A program made the position numbers and the translations under genes. Positions 1-9,797 of a stretch of DNA of 64,000 nucleotides are shown in pieces. Numbering within the stretch: the first letter of the stretch is position 1; every line of letters begins with the position of its first letter. The notes under the pieces are model-generated. The model was not told the origin of the DNA. It made no database searches and saw only the letters and a program-made list of their open reading frames with translations. The stretch lies in NCBI GenBank assembly GCA_963771275.1, contig CAVYSW010000003.1, positions 1,088,001 through 1,152,000 of the forward strand, given 5' to 3'. The stretch is from an uncultured Gemmatimonadales bacterium. GTDB lineage: Bacteria; Gemmatimonadota; Gemmatimonadetes; Gemmatimonadales; GWC2-71-9.

Positions 1-1
1 C

Positions 2-202
2 CTAACCGTCCCACGGCAGGTCGCGATGTTCCTCGCGCGGGATCTCTTGGGGATGCAGCTCGTCGAGATTGGCCAGGCGTTTGGCGGTCGGGACCACTCG
101 ACGGTGATCCACAGCCTGGGCAAGGTGGAACGGGATATGGTCCGTGATCACCAGTTCCGCGATCGCGTTGAGCTCGCGCGTCGCGAGCTTTCAGCACCGT
201 AG
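2..202 (+). CDS. dnaA: Chromosomal replication initiator DnaA, C-terminal domain IV (5'-partial)
   Basis: Frame 2 reads LTVPRQVAMFLARDLLGMQLVEIGQAFGGRDHSTVIHSLGKVE..., the DnaA signature (RQ.AM.L, GGRDH.TV.H); stop TAG 200-202; lies directly upstream of dnaN. Confidence 0.97.
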   Translation, partial: LTVPRQVAMFLARDLLGMQLVEIGQAFGGRDHSTVIHSLGKVERDMVRDHQFRDRVELARRELSAP

Positions 203-440
203 CCAACATTGCTCACAACGGGGCTGGAAGACTGTGGGAACGTTGGCTGTCCTGGGGCAATCGGTGGTGGCTCCACAGGATCTCCCCGGTGACCAACATC
301 CGCCCGCCCGGGGTTGGACGCACGGTGACAACAAGTTAGGAGAGGGTATCAAGGTTTCCAGAGGCTCTACTACGACGACTAGTCTTATATACTAGTGTAC
401 TCGTAGTTCAGTAATCCACCGCGCGCAGGGAAAAGTCTCC
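203..440. other. Putative replication origin oriC (dnaA-dnaN intergenic region)
   Basis: Degenerate DnaA boxes (TTGCTCACA 209-217, TGTGGGAAC 233-241, GGCTCCACA 269-277, GTTTCCAGA 354-362, TAATCCACC 412-420), IHF-like TGACAACAAGTTA 326-338, trio-like CTA CTA CGA CGA CTA 367-381 followed by an AT-rich tract. Confidence 0.8.
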
Positions 441-1550
441 ATGAAGTTCACGATTACACGAGAGAAGCTCCAGGAAGGCCTGGTCGCCGTCGCGGCAAGT
501 GTTCCGGCGAAGACGACGCTTCCCGTACTCTCCAACATCCTCGTGGAGGCGGTGAAGGATGGGATCCGCCTGTCGGGGACCGATCTCGATATCGCGGTCA
601 GCACACTGGTTCCCGCCGAGGTCGATGCCGAAGGAGCAGTGACGCTCCCGGCCAAGAAGCTACTGGAGATCGTGCGGGAACTGCCCAGTGCCGCCATCCG
701 GGTGACCGCCGCGGGCGAGCAGCGGGTAAACTTGGAGTGTGGCCGGTCACGCTTCAAGCTGCTTGGCATCCCGCGTGACGAGTTCCCGAGCTTCCCGCCA
801 GTCCGGTTCGAGAGTCCCTGGACCATCCTGTCCGGCGAGTTGCAGAAACTGATCGGGCACGTGGCATTCGCAGCCTCGACCGAGGAGAGTCGCCCGATTC
901 TCAACGGCGTTCTCTGGGAGCTGCGCAAGGACCAGATGCGCATGGTGGCCACGAACGGCCACCGGCTTGCCCGTATGGATATGGCCGTTGCCGGTGGGCG
1001 CGCCGCTGCGGACTTCATCGTGCCACCCAAGGCGCTGGACCAGATCCGCCGGCTGTTTGGTGCCGCTGACGAAATCGAGATCGCCAAGAGCGAGAACCAC
1101 CTCGGGTTCCGGAGCGGGCAGACCCTGGTCTACACGCGCCTGATCGAAGGGCCGTACCCGAACTATGAGCAGGTGATTCCGCGGGACAACGATCGGATTG
1201 CGGTGGTCGACAAGATGGCGCTGAGCTCGACGCTGCGGCGGGTGGGGGTCGTGGCGTCCGATCAGACGCACCGCGTCCGGCTCGGGTTCAGCGGCGGCAC
1301 GCTCAAGTTCACGGTCAGCACGCCGGATCTCGGGGAAGCCCAGGACGAGATGGCGGTGACCTACGAGGGCGAGCCGATCGAGATCGGCTTCAACGCCACC
1401 TACCTGCTCGAGATCCTCAAGTACATGCCGACCGACGAGGTCAGGCTGTCGATGAAGGCGCCGGAGCGCGCGGCGACGATCGAGCCCGCTGGGTGGGATG
1501 ATCCGGCGTCGTACCTCTGCCTGGTGATGCCGCTGCGCCTGGTCGACTAA
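441..1550 (+). CDS. dnaN: DNA polymerase III beta subunit (sliding clamp)
   Basis: MKFTITRE...LPVLSNIL...GTDLD...RPILNGV...ATNGHRLA...RLIEGPYPNY...GFNATYL...VMPLRL; 369 aa; follows dnaA. Confidence 0.98.
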   Translation: MKFTITREKLQEGLVAVAASVPAKTTLPVLSNILVEAVKDGIRLSGTDLDIAVSTLVPAEVDAEGAVTLPAKKLLEIVRELPSAAIRVTAAGEQRVNLECGRSRFKLLGIPRDEFPSFPPVRFESPWTILSGELQKLIGHVAFAASTEESRPILNGVLWELRKDQMRMVATNGHRLARMDMAVAGGRAAADFIVPPKALDQIRRLFGAADEIEIAKSENHLGFRSGQTLVYTRLIEGPYPNYEQVIPRDNDRIAVVDKMALSSTLRRVGVVASDQTHRVRLGFSGGTLKFTVSTPDLGEAQDEMAVTYEGEPIEIGFNATYLLEILKYMPTDEVRLSMKAPERAATIEPAGWDDPASYLCLVMPLRLVD

Positions 1551-1556
1551 GCGTGC

Positions 1557-2381
1557 CTACGGGAAGGTCCGGGTGACCATCGCGGTGAGACTTGCCGTCT
1601 CCAGGTGGGTCACGCCGCCCCGCCGCGCGCCGCTTCCCACGAGCACCGCCTGGTAGGGCAGGCCCACGGAGACGCCGGCGACCAGGCGGTCGATCCGGAG
1701 GTGCTCGTTCAAGTCGAGCACCGCCAGGGCACCGATCGGAACCCTGCCGCGCGTCTGGATGCGGAGTCCCGCCCGGTATGCCATGAGCGCGGACCCGGCA
1801 TCGACGCGGTCGGACGCGTGAGCGTCCGCCGCAAGTTGGACGGCCCCCCCAATGCCGGTCCAGGCCAGTCCGAGCGCGCCGCCGAACCGGAGCGACGAGT
1901 CCCGGACGACGGGCTGGCCGATGTGCTCGACCCTCGCCGCGAGCTCGAGCGACGGCGCCAGCCGGTATCGCATGCCGATGTCCACGTCCTGTTTGCGGCT
2001 CGCACCGCTGTACAGCGAGACTGCCGCGCCGATGCCCACTCGACCTGCGGCACGCCCGAAGCCGAATCGCCAGGTGTTGCCCGCCGCGCCATTCTGGAAC
2101 CGGTCACGCCGGTAGCCGGCGCTGAAGCCGCGGCTGCTGAGTCCTGCCGTGTATTGCGCGACGGGGTATCCGCCTGCGGTGTCACGCTCGACCATGATCT
2201 CCGCCATCAGCGAGGCCTCGCGCACCGTCCCGAGCCCTCCCGGATCGACCCAGAGCGCGCGGGCTCCCCAGACTGTCGTGGGCAACAGGTAGTCCGCGGA
2301 ACGGGGGCCGCGATACTGGGCATGGGCCGGTGCCGCACACAGCGCCAGGAGCCACAGGACCGGGCAAGCGCGTAGTCTCAC
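1557..2381 (-). CDS. Secreted hypothetical protein, probable outer-membrane beta-barrel
   Basis: GTG at 2381 overlaps the upstream stop (GTGA); signal peptide ...LWLLALCAAPAHA-Q; ALWVDPGGLG resembles the N-terminal motif of FadL/PorV-like barrels; alternating beta-strand pattern; ends ...TRTFP. Confidence 0.55.
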   Translation of the reverse strand: MRLRACPVLWLLALCAAPAHAQYRGPRSADYLLPTTVWGARALWVDPGGLGTVREASLMAEIMVERDTAGGYPVAQYTAGLSSRGFSAGYRRDRFQNGAAGNTWRFGFGRAAGRVGIGAAVSLYSGASRKQDVDIGMRYRLAPSLELAARVEHIGQPVVRDSSLRFGGALGLAWTGIGGAVQLAADAHASDRVDAGSALMAYRAGLRIQTRGRVPIGALAVLDLNEHLRIDRLVAGVSVGLPYQAVLVGSGARRGGVTHLETASLTAMVTRTFP

Positions 2382-3196
2382 GACGCGACCCTCAGGGTGT
2401 CGGTGGTCCACTGGGTTACCGGGATGGTGATCCCGACCCCGGAAAGGTCGATCTCCATGGTCACGCTGTCTGCGCGGTTGCCGCCGATCAGACGGCCGTC
2501 GGCGGAGAGATAGTGGCGCCCGTGCCCGCGCCCCGTTCCGGTGACCGTGAACGCCTGACCGGCCTGCGCGCCGCTCCCGCTGATCTCGATCGTCGCATCC
2601 GTCTGGATCTCGAGAGCCTGCACCGCGCCAAGCGTCGTCCATGCGGGACTGCTGCGCGTGTTGATGGACCGAACACGGATGTCAGCGCCGCCACTCATGC
2701 CCTGGGCGTCCGTCGTGTCGGTCCATCGCGCTCCGGCCGTGACGCCCGCACGGGGCGTTCCCGGGAAGAAGTCCTGGATCAGGAAGGCGATCTGCTGAAG
2801 CAGCGGGTTCGCGGGGTCACCGCCGCGGAGCTCGGTGAGGAGGCCGCCCGGCAGCAGCGTGGCGTCGAATCGCGCACCGCGCGCGCCCGCCACGACCTCG
2901 GGGGGAAAGACGGGCCCCCCCTCGAGCGAGATCGAGTCGATGACGAAGGTGGCCACGCGCGCGCTGTCCCCGGCGAGCGAAACGGTGAGCGCGACCCGCG
3001 TCGCAAGATCCGTCGTGAGCGGCTGCCCCTGGAACATCTGCTCGACGTGGCGGTGCTGCACGACCTGATAGACTATCGAAGACGGCTGGTAACGAACCGC
3101 CGCCGGATGCACGGGGGTGGGGGCTGCGGTCGGTGCAGGTTGGGCGCCGCGAACGCACGAGGCAAGGACGAAGGCGGCGACGGGCAGGCGGCGCAT
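2378..3196 (-). CDS. Hypothetical lipoprotein
   Basis: MRRLPVAAFVLAS-C lipobox, Pro/Ala linker, beta-rich body; good GC3 codon usage. Confidence 0.7.
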   Translation of the reverse strand: MRRLPVAAFVLASCVRGAQPAPTAAPTPVHPAAVRYQPSSIVYQVVQHRHVEQMFQGQPLTTDLATRVALTVSLAGDSARVATFVIDSISLEGGPVFPPEVVAGARGARFDATLLPGGLLTELRGGDPANPLLQQIAFLIQDFFPGTPRAGVTAGARWTDTTDAQGMSGGADIRVRSINTRSSPAWTTLGAVQALEIQTDATIEISGSGAQAGQAFTVTGTGRGHGRHYLSADGRLIGGNRADSVTMEIDLSGVGITIPVTQWTTDTLRVAS

Positions 3197-3271
3197 GGCA
3201 TTCCCTCGGTCACCCAGAACGCATCAGCGGCGGGGTGTCTCGACTGCGATGGACCGTACCAGAGGACGGAA

Positions 3272-3631
3272 GCGGGCGGGGCCGTAAGCCGAGTTCTGTG
3301 CACCCTTGCGAGTGCCAACGGTCATCTCTCTGGGATGCCGGTCGCCCGGCACCTCTAGCGGCCTACCCGCGGCTCAGGCGGTCCGGGCCGGACCATCGCC
3401 GCCTATTTGGCCTTGCTCCCGCTGGGGGTGACCGTGCCACGCACTGTTGCCAGGCGTGCGGTGGGCTCTTACCCCGCCGTTTCACCCTTACCCGCGTTGC
3501 CGCGGGCGGTCTGATTTCTGTGGCCCTGTCCGTCGCCTCTCGGCGCCCAGGTGTTACCTGGCAGCGTGCCCTGCGGAGCTCGGACTTTCCTCGGCCCGGC
3601 GAACCGGACCGCGACCGTCTCACCCCGCCCC
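3272..3631 (-). ncRNA. rnpB: RNase P RNA, bacterial type A
   Basis: Minus strand has GAGGAAAGTCCGAGCTC, CCACAGAAA, AGGGTGAAACGGCGGGGTAAGAGCCCACCGC, GAGCAAGGCCAAATAG and ACAGAACTCGGCTTAC; the ends GGGCGGGG.../...CCCCGCCC pair as P1. Confidence 0.97.
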
Positions 3632-3644
3632 TCCGTCCGCCCGG

Positions 3645-3650
3645 AAGATA
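3645..3650 (-). promoter_or_regulatory. Putative -10 element (TATCTT) of the rnpB promoter
   Basis: TATCTT on the minus strand ~14 nt upstream of the P1 5' strand; no clear -35. Confidence 0.45.
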
Positions 3651-3784
3651 GCCCCTCCGCGGGCAGCCGCACCAGCGACGTGCGGTCGATTGCTGTGGCC
3701 CGGCAACGGAGGGGGTGGCGTGGGATGGCCGCGCCGTTGAGCCGCCGTTGAGCGTGCGCCCGTAGCGTCCGCGCCCAGCTGATC

Positions 3785-4663
3785 ATGGGTGAGGGATCCG
3801 TGCGCGTGCTCGAATCGAGAATGACGATCGCCACCGTGTTGGAGCCCGCGGACCGGCCGCGTTTTGAGGCCGCCGCGGGCGATCGGGTGTCGACGATTCA
3901 TGCGGAGTCGGTGGCGGACGCCATTCGCAAGGTGCGCGAGCGCCCGGTGGACGCGGTGCTGCTTTCCGCGGAGTACGTTCCCAAGGAGCAGGTCCCGACG
4001 GTGGCGTCTCTTGTCCGGAGGTTCCCGGCCGTGCCGGCGGTCGCCGTCGTCTCACGACACGACGCGTGCTCCAGCGAGCGTCTGCTCGATCTGGGGGCGT
4101 CGGGCGTACGCCGCGTGCTCGACCTCAGCCAGCGTGACGGTTGGGCCCGCTTGCGGGATCTCCTGTCCCACCCCGCGTCGCCGGTATCCGCCGCCATCCT
4201 CGCGCGCGTCATGCCTGAGCTGGATGGCGCGGCGGCGGACTGCCGCGTGTGCTTCCAGTCGCTCATACGCCTCGCACCCGGTGCCCCGACCGTGCGCGCG
4301 TTGTGTCGTCAGTTTGGCGTGCGCCCGAGCACGTTCATGTCGCGCTTCTTCCGCGCCGGCCTGCCTTCACCCAAGCGCTACCTGGCGGTGGTCCGGCTTG
4401 TCTACGTGGCGGCGCTGCTCGAGACGCGGGGACTGTCGGTCGCCGACGTGGCCTACCGCCTCGAGTACTCGTCACCCCAGAGCTTCGGGCGCCACCTCCG
4501 GGCCCTCACCGGCCTGACGGCCAGCGCCTTCCGACGGGGCACCACCTTCGGCTCGGCGCTCGAGGCGTTCGTCAGCCAGCTGATCGTCCCGTTTCGGGCG
4601 ACGTTGCGTGCCTTCCATCCTCTCAACAGTGACGGGGTGGTCGCACTTGGACGCGGCACGTAG
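3785..4663 (+). CDS. AraC-family transcriptional regulator with N-terminal receiver-like domain
   Basis: C-terminal double HTH (...GLPSPKRYL...SVADVAYRLEYSSPQSFGRHLRALTGLTASAFR); start could be ATG 3821. Confidence 0.85.
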   Translation: MGEGSVRVLESRMTIATVLEPADRPRFEAAAGDRVSTIHAESVADAIRKVRERPVDAVLLSAEYVPKEQVPTVASLVRRFPAVPAVAVVSRHDACSSERLLDLGASGVRRVLDLSQRDGWARLRDLLSHPASPVSAAILARVMPELDGAAADCRVCFQSLIRLAPGAPTVRALCRQFGVRPSTFMSRFFRAGLPSPKRYLAVVRLVYVAALLETRGLSVADVAYRLEYSSPQSFGRHLRALTGLTASAFRRGTTFGSALEAFVSQLIVPFRATLRAFHPLNSDGVVALGRGT

Positions 4664-4702
4664 CGTCGCTCGGGACGGGGCGAAGGCAGGGGGTACGGCG
4701 GT

Positions 4703-5259
4703 TCAGCGGATCAGGTCGGCCATGCGGACGAGCGCCGCCACGCGGTGGCCCGCCGCCTCGATCGCCTCACGGCCTCCCTCCTCGCGGTCGACGACCGCCA
4801 GGACGCCCAGCACGTGGCCCCCTGCGGCGCGGATCGCCTCGATCGCCTTGAGGGCGGATGCGCCGGTCGTGATCACGTCCTCCACGGCGACGACCGTGCC
4901 GCCACTCAGGAACGGGCCCTCGATCCGGCGTCCGGTGCCATGGTCCTTCGGCGCCTTGCGCACGGTGAAGCCATCCACGACCGGGGGCCGCCGGGCGCTG
5001 GCGGCCGCGATCGCGTATGCGACCGGGTCCGCGCCCAGCGTGAGGCCACCCACGAGCGTGGGTGCCCAGCCGGCGTTGCGGATTGCTGCGAGCCCGAGAT
5101 CGCCGACGAGCACCATGCCGCGGGCGGACATCGTGGTCTGGCGGGCGTCGACGTAGTAGGGAGACTGGCGTCCGGAGGCGAGGGTGAAGGTCCCGCGGCG
5201 GAACGAGCGCTCGCGCAGCAGTGCCACGAGCTCCGCGCGGGCCGTGTCGTCCGGCGCCG

Positions 5260-5263
<4 letters not shown>
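4703..5263 (-). CDS. pyrE: Orotate phosphoribosyltransferase
   Basis: FTLASGRQSPYYVDAR, VGGLTLGADP, VRKAPKDHGTGRRIEG, VEDVITTGAS (PRPP loop), VVDREEGG; GTG 5263 overlaps the kinase stop. Confidence 0.95.
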
Positions 5264-6213
<950 letters not shown>

Positions 6214-6273
6214 GTCGGCGGCAAACTAAGCGTCGTACTTGAACTTGAGCAAGTCGTGGGGTTACGTACCTTC

Positions 6274-7647
6274 ATGAGGCTGGCGGCCATCGGCGGCGCC
6301 CGGCGGGCGTGCGCACTCGGTTTCATGCTGGTGCTTGTGGGATGCGGCAAGTGGCAGCGCGTGGGTAGCGCCACGGGGCCGGACCCCACGGTCGTGGTAC
6401 CCCAGTTGTTCGACCCTACGGCCACCTACACGGCGATGGGGTTCCTCGCCGCCGGCGCGCCGCTGGCCTTTGTCGGCAGCCTGTGGACGCTGGCCACCGA
6501 GTCGCCCGACACGACGCTCGCCGTGTTCGCCCTGTCCATGAACAACAACACCCTGTCGTTTCGCCGGGCGGGGCAGGGGTTCGAAGCGCGCTACCGCGTG
6601 GAGCTGGTGCTCCGTCGCGACGGCTCGGTCGTCGCGCGGGTGGCGTCCCAGGAGTCGGTTCGCGTCGGCTCCGCCGATGAGACCCGGCGCGCCGACGAGA
6701 GTGTCCTGTTCCAGCAGTTCCTGCGCGTCTCCCCAGGGACCTACGTTGCGGTCGTCACGGTGCGGGACGACTTCGGAACGGGAGTCGGGCGCGCCGAGCA
6801 GACAGTGACGCTGCCGCGGATCGATGCCCGAGGCTGCTCGGCCCTCACCCCCGTTTACGAAGTCGAGCCGCGCCGGCAGCGCACCGATGCCCCCCGGCTG
6901 CTCGTGAACCCGCGCGCCACCGTTCCCTACGGACTCGACTCCCTGCGCCTGTACCTCGAGAGCTACGGTGTGCCGGCCGGCACCCCGGTGACGATCACCG
7001 CGAGTGGCCACACAGGCGACGAGGTGTGGGCGGCCCAGGCGACCCTCACGGGAACGCAGGACTTCGCGACGGCGCTCGTCACGATTCCGCCCGAACAGCT
7101 TCCCGTCGGCCAGCTGCGCCTCACCGCGGCGGTGCCGGGGTGCCCCGCATCGATCACCACGGCGGCTCTGGTCAGCTTCTCGAATCAGTGGGCGATCACC
7201 AACTTCGACGAGATCCTCTCGCTGCTGCGGTACTTCGGCCAGGACCGGGCGATCGCGAAGATGCGCGAGGCGGACCCGGCGGAGCGCCCCACGCTGTGGC
7301 GGGATTTCTGGCGCGCCACGGATCCCAACCCGCTGACCCCGGAAAACGAGGCGCTCGAGCAGTACTTCCGGCGGCTTCAGGAGGCGAACCTGCGCTTCCG
7401 CGAGGCCGGCGAGCCGGGATGGCTGAGCGATCGGGGCGAGGTGTTCATCACGCTAGGCGAGCCGGACGAGATCTTCGACCAGAGCTCTGCCTTGCAGGGG
7501 CCCCGTCAGATCATCCGCTGGAACTATCTTAGCCTGCGCCTCCAGCTCGACTTCACCGACGACACGGGATTCGGCCGGTTCCGCCTCGTCCCTGCCGCCC
7601 GTGCCGAGTACCAGCGCGTGCTGAACAACCTCCGGAGTCGCGGCTGA
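6274..7647 (+). CDS. GWxTD domain-containing lipoprotein
   Basis: Lipobox LVG-C; C-terminal FWRATDPNPLTPENE...EANLRF...GWLSDRGEVFITLGEPDEI. Confidence 0.88.
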   Translation: MRLAAIGGARRACALGFMLVLVGCGKWQRVGSATGPDPTVVVPQLFDPTATYTAMGFLAAGAPLAFVGSLWTLATESPDTTLAVFALSMNNNTLSFRRAGQGFEARYRVELVLRRDGSVVARVASQESVRVGSADETRRADESVLFQQFLRVSPGTYVAVVTVRDDFGTGVGRAEQTVTLPRIDARGCSALTPVYEVEPRRQRTDAPRLLVNPRATVPYGLDSLRLYLESYGVPAGTPVTITASGHTGDEVWAAQATLTGTQDFATALVTIPPEQLPVGQLRLTAAVPGCPASITTAALVSFSNQWAITNFDEILSLLRYFGQDRAIAKMREADPAERPTLWRDFWRATDPNPLTPENEALEQYFRRLQEANLRFREAGEPGWLSDRGEVFITLGEPDEIFDQSSALQGPRQIIRWNYLSLRLQLDFTDDTGFGRFRLVPAARAEYQRVLNNLRSRG

Positions 7648-9797
7648 TCTATCGCCTGACCGTCCTTCTGGGAGTCCTGGTTGCCGCGTCGAGCGGCGCG
7701 CTGCGGGGACAGGACATCCCGAAGCGACCGTGGGATCCGCCGGCCGATCCCTGGCATGTCGTCGTGGCGTGGGCGGCTGCGCCCGACACGCAGCAGGTGC
7801 TGCGCGTGGCCGCGGCAGAATTGGCGATTGGGCAGCCGGCCCGGGCCCAGCGGCTGCTCGACCGGTACGGCCCAGGGGTGGTGGATTCCGTCGGCCTGCT
7901 CGCGCTCCGCGCGGCGGTGGCCGCGCGCGGCGGCCAGGCGGCTGATGCCGCGGTGCTCTACCTCGCAGCGGCCCGGCGGGCCGGCCGGGAGGACGCGGGC
8001 CTGCTCTTCGCACTGGCGGGAACCGCGCTGGAGCGAGCCGGGCTGCCCGATTCCGCTGCCCGGGCGTATCGAGCCGCCCGCCTCGCCCTTCCCGAGATCG
8101 CCGGATGGCTCGCGCTGCGTGAGGCGCGGCTCACTCGGGACTCGAGCGCGGCAGCGCCGCTGTTGGCGCTCGCGCCACCGGCCGCCCAGGACGAAGTCCT
8201 CGCGGTGCGCGCCTACCTGCGACTCCTCATGGGCGACATGTCGGGAGCCGAGCGGCTGCTCGCAGAGGCCGGCCAGACCGGGCGTGCCGCGGAGCTGGCG
8301 CTTGCGCGCGGCGACACGCTCGGGGCCCGCGCGCTCCTGTCCCAGGCGCTGGCCACCGGCGACACGGCCACCACGCGACAGGGCCTGGCCCTGGTGGCTC
8401 GATCGCTCCCTCCCCGCACGCCGGGCGACTGGATGGCTGCCGCTCGCGCCGCCGCCCGCCTCGGAGACGCCGGAGCAGCCGCGCGGTTCGCCCAAGCTGC
8501 CGCGACCGCCGGCGATAGCACCCTGCCGACGATGCTCGCACTTGGCGACTGGCTCGAGCGGGCCGGGCGCCGTCGGGAAGCCCTGCGCGCCTACCTGGAA
8601 GCCGGGGACGCCGGTGCGTTCCAGCGCGGGCGCGCGCTGGCGCGCCTCGGCGAGCGCACAGCCGCAGCGCAGGTGCTCCGCGCGTTCGCCACGCGGACCC
8701 CCGACGATCCTTCCGCTCCGGCCGCGATCTATCTCCTGGCGGACCTCACGAGCGGCGACAGCCTGCTCGATCAGGTGGCGCGGCGCTGGCCGACCAGCGA
8801 ATACGCGTCGCGTGCGCGCACGCGACTGGCGGAAGCGCGCCTGTCGCGGCGCGATACGGCGGCGGCGCTCCGCTACTACGCCGCGGAGATCGCGGCGCGC
8901 GGCCCGGAGGCCGTGCGGTCGCGCTATCACGTGGCGCGCCTGCGACTTCCCCGGGTCGCGGATTCCGCCCGGGCGGCGCTGGCCGGCCTCGCGCGGGAAG
9001 ACTCCCTCGGATACTATGGGCTGCTCGCGCGGGGGCGGCTCGGTATGGCGCCGCCTCACATCCCCGCACCGGAGGACCACGCACCCGCCGCCGCCGTGCA
9101 GGCCGCGCTCGCCGAACTGGCGCTGCTCGATGCGGCGGGGTTCACCAACGAGGCGCGGCTGCTGCTCGATCACCTGACGAACGGCGCCTTGCCCGACCCC
9201 GAAGACCTGCTCGACCTCGCGGAGGGGTTGTTCGCGAGCGGCCGTGCGGCCGAGGCGATTCGACTGGGATGGCGGGTGGCTGCGCGGCTGACGCTCAACC
9301 ACCCGCGCGTGCTGCGGGTGGTGTTCCCGTGGCCCACCCGCGGCATGGTCGAGGCGGAGGCGCGGCAGTTCAGGCTGGACCCCTACCTCGTCGCTGGACT
9401 GATCCGACAGGAATCCGGATTCGCCCCGGCGGCGCGCTCCCATGCCGGTGCCAGGGGGTACATGCAGCTCATGCCGGCGACCGCCGCAGCGCTGGCCCGG
9501 CAACTGAAGCTCCCGTGGAGCGACCAGATGGCCGTCGTGGTGGATGCCAACGTGCACATCGGCTCGGCCCACCTCGCGGGGTTGCTCGCTCGCTACCACG
9601 GGGAGGTGGCGCCCGCCGTTGCGGCGTACAATGCCGGCGGCGTCCCCGTCGATCGCTGGCGCCGCCGGGCCGGGTCGAAGGACCCGGCGGCGTTCGTCGA
9701 GCGGATCGAGTTTCCCGAGACTCAGGGATACGTCCGTGCCGTGCTGCGCAACCAGGCGCTGTACAAGCTCCTGTACCCCGGCTCTGGTGGCCCGTGA
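7644..9797 (+). CDS. Soluble lytic murein transglycosylase (Slt70-like, helical repeats plus SLT domain)
   Basis: GLIRQESGF (catalytic Glu), GARGYMQLMPATA, AAYNAG, FPETQGYV. The in-frame region upstream of GTG 7764 encodes a signal peptide, so the start is placed at CTG 7644. Confidence 0.9.
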   Translation: MIYRLTVLLGVLVAASSGALRGQDIPKRPWDPPADPWHVVVAWAAAPDTQQVLRVAAAELAIGQPARAQRLLDRYGPGVVDSVGLLALRAAVAARGGQAADAAVLYLAAARRAGREDAGLLFALAGTALERAGLPDSAARAYRAARLALPEIAGWLALREARLTRDSSAAAPLLALAPPAAQDEVLAVRAYLRLLMGDMSGAERLLAEAGQTGRAAELALARGDTLGARALLSQALATGDTATTRQGLALVARSLPPRTPGDWMAAARAAARLGDAGAAARFAQAAATAGDSTLPTMLALGDWLERAGRRREALRAYLEAGDAGAFQRGRALARLGERTAAAQVLRAFATRTPDDPSAPAAIYLLADLTSGDSLLDQVARRWPTSEYASRARTRLAEARLSRRDTAAALRYYAAEIAARGPEAVRSRYHVARLRLPRVADSARAALAGLAREDSLGYYGLLARGRLGMAPPHIPAPEDHAPAAAVQAALAELALLDAAGFTNEARLLLDHLTNGALPDPEDLLDLAEGLFASGRAAEAIRLGWRVAARLTLNHPRVLRVVFPWPTRGMVEAEARQFRLDPYLVAGLIRQESGFAPAARSHAGARGYMQLMPATAAALARQLKLPWSDQMAVVVDANVHIGSAHLAGLLARYHGEVAPAVAAYNAGGVPVDRWRRRAGSKDPAAFVERIEFPETQGYVRAVLRNQALYKLLYPGSGGP

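Noticed and set aside
144..395. 83-aa ORF overlapping the dnaA end and oriC
   Set aside because: Overlaps dnaA out of frame; the TTTTS tail is just the trio repeat; no recognisable protein features
3133..3834. ORFs across the rnpB locus
   Set aside because: Region is explained by RNase P RNA
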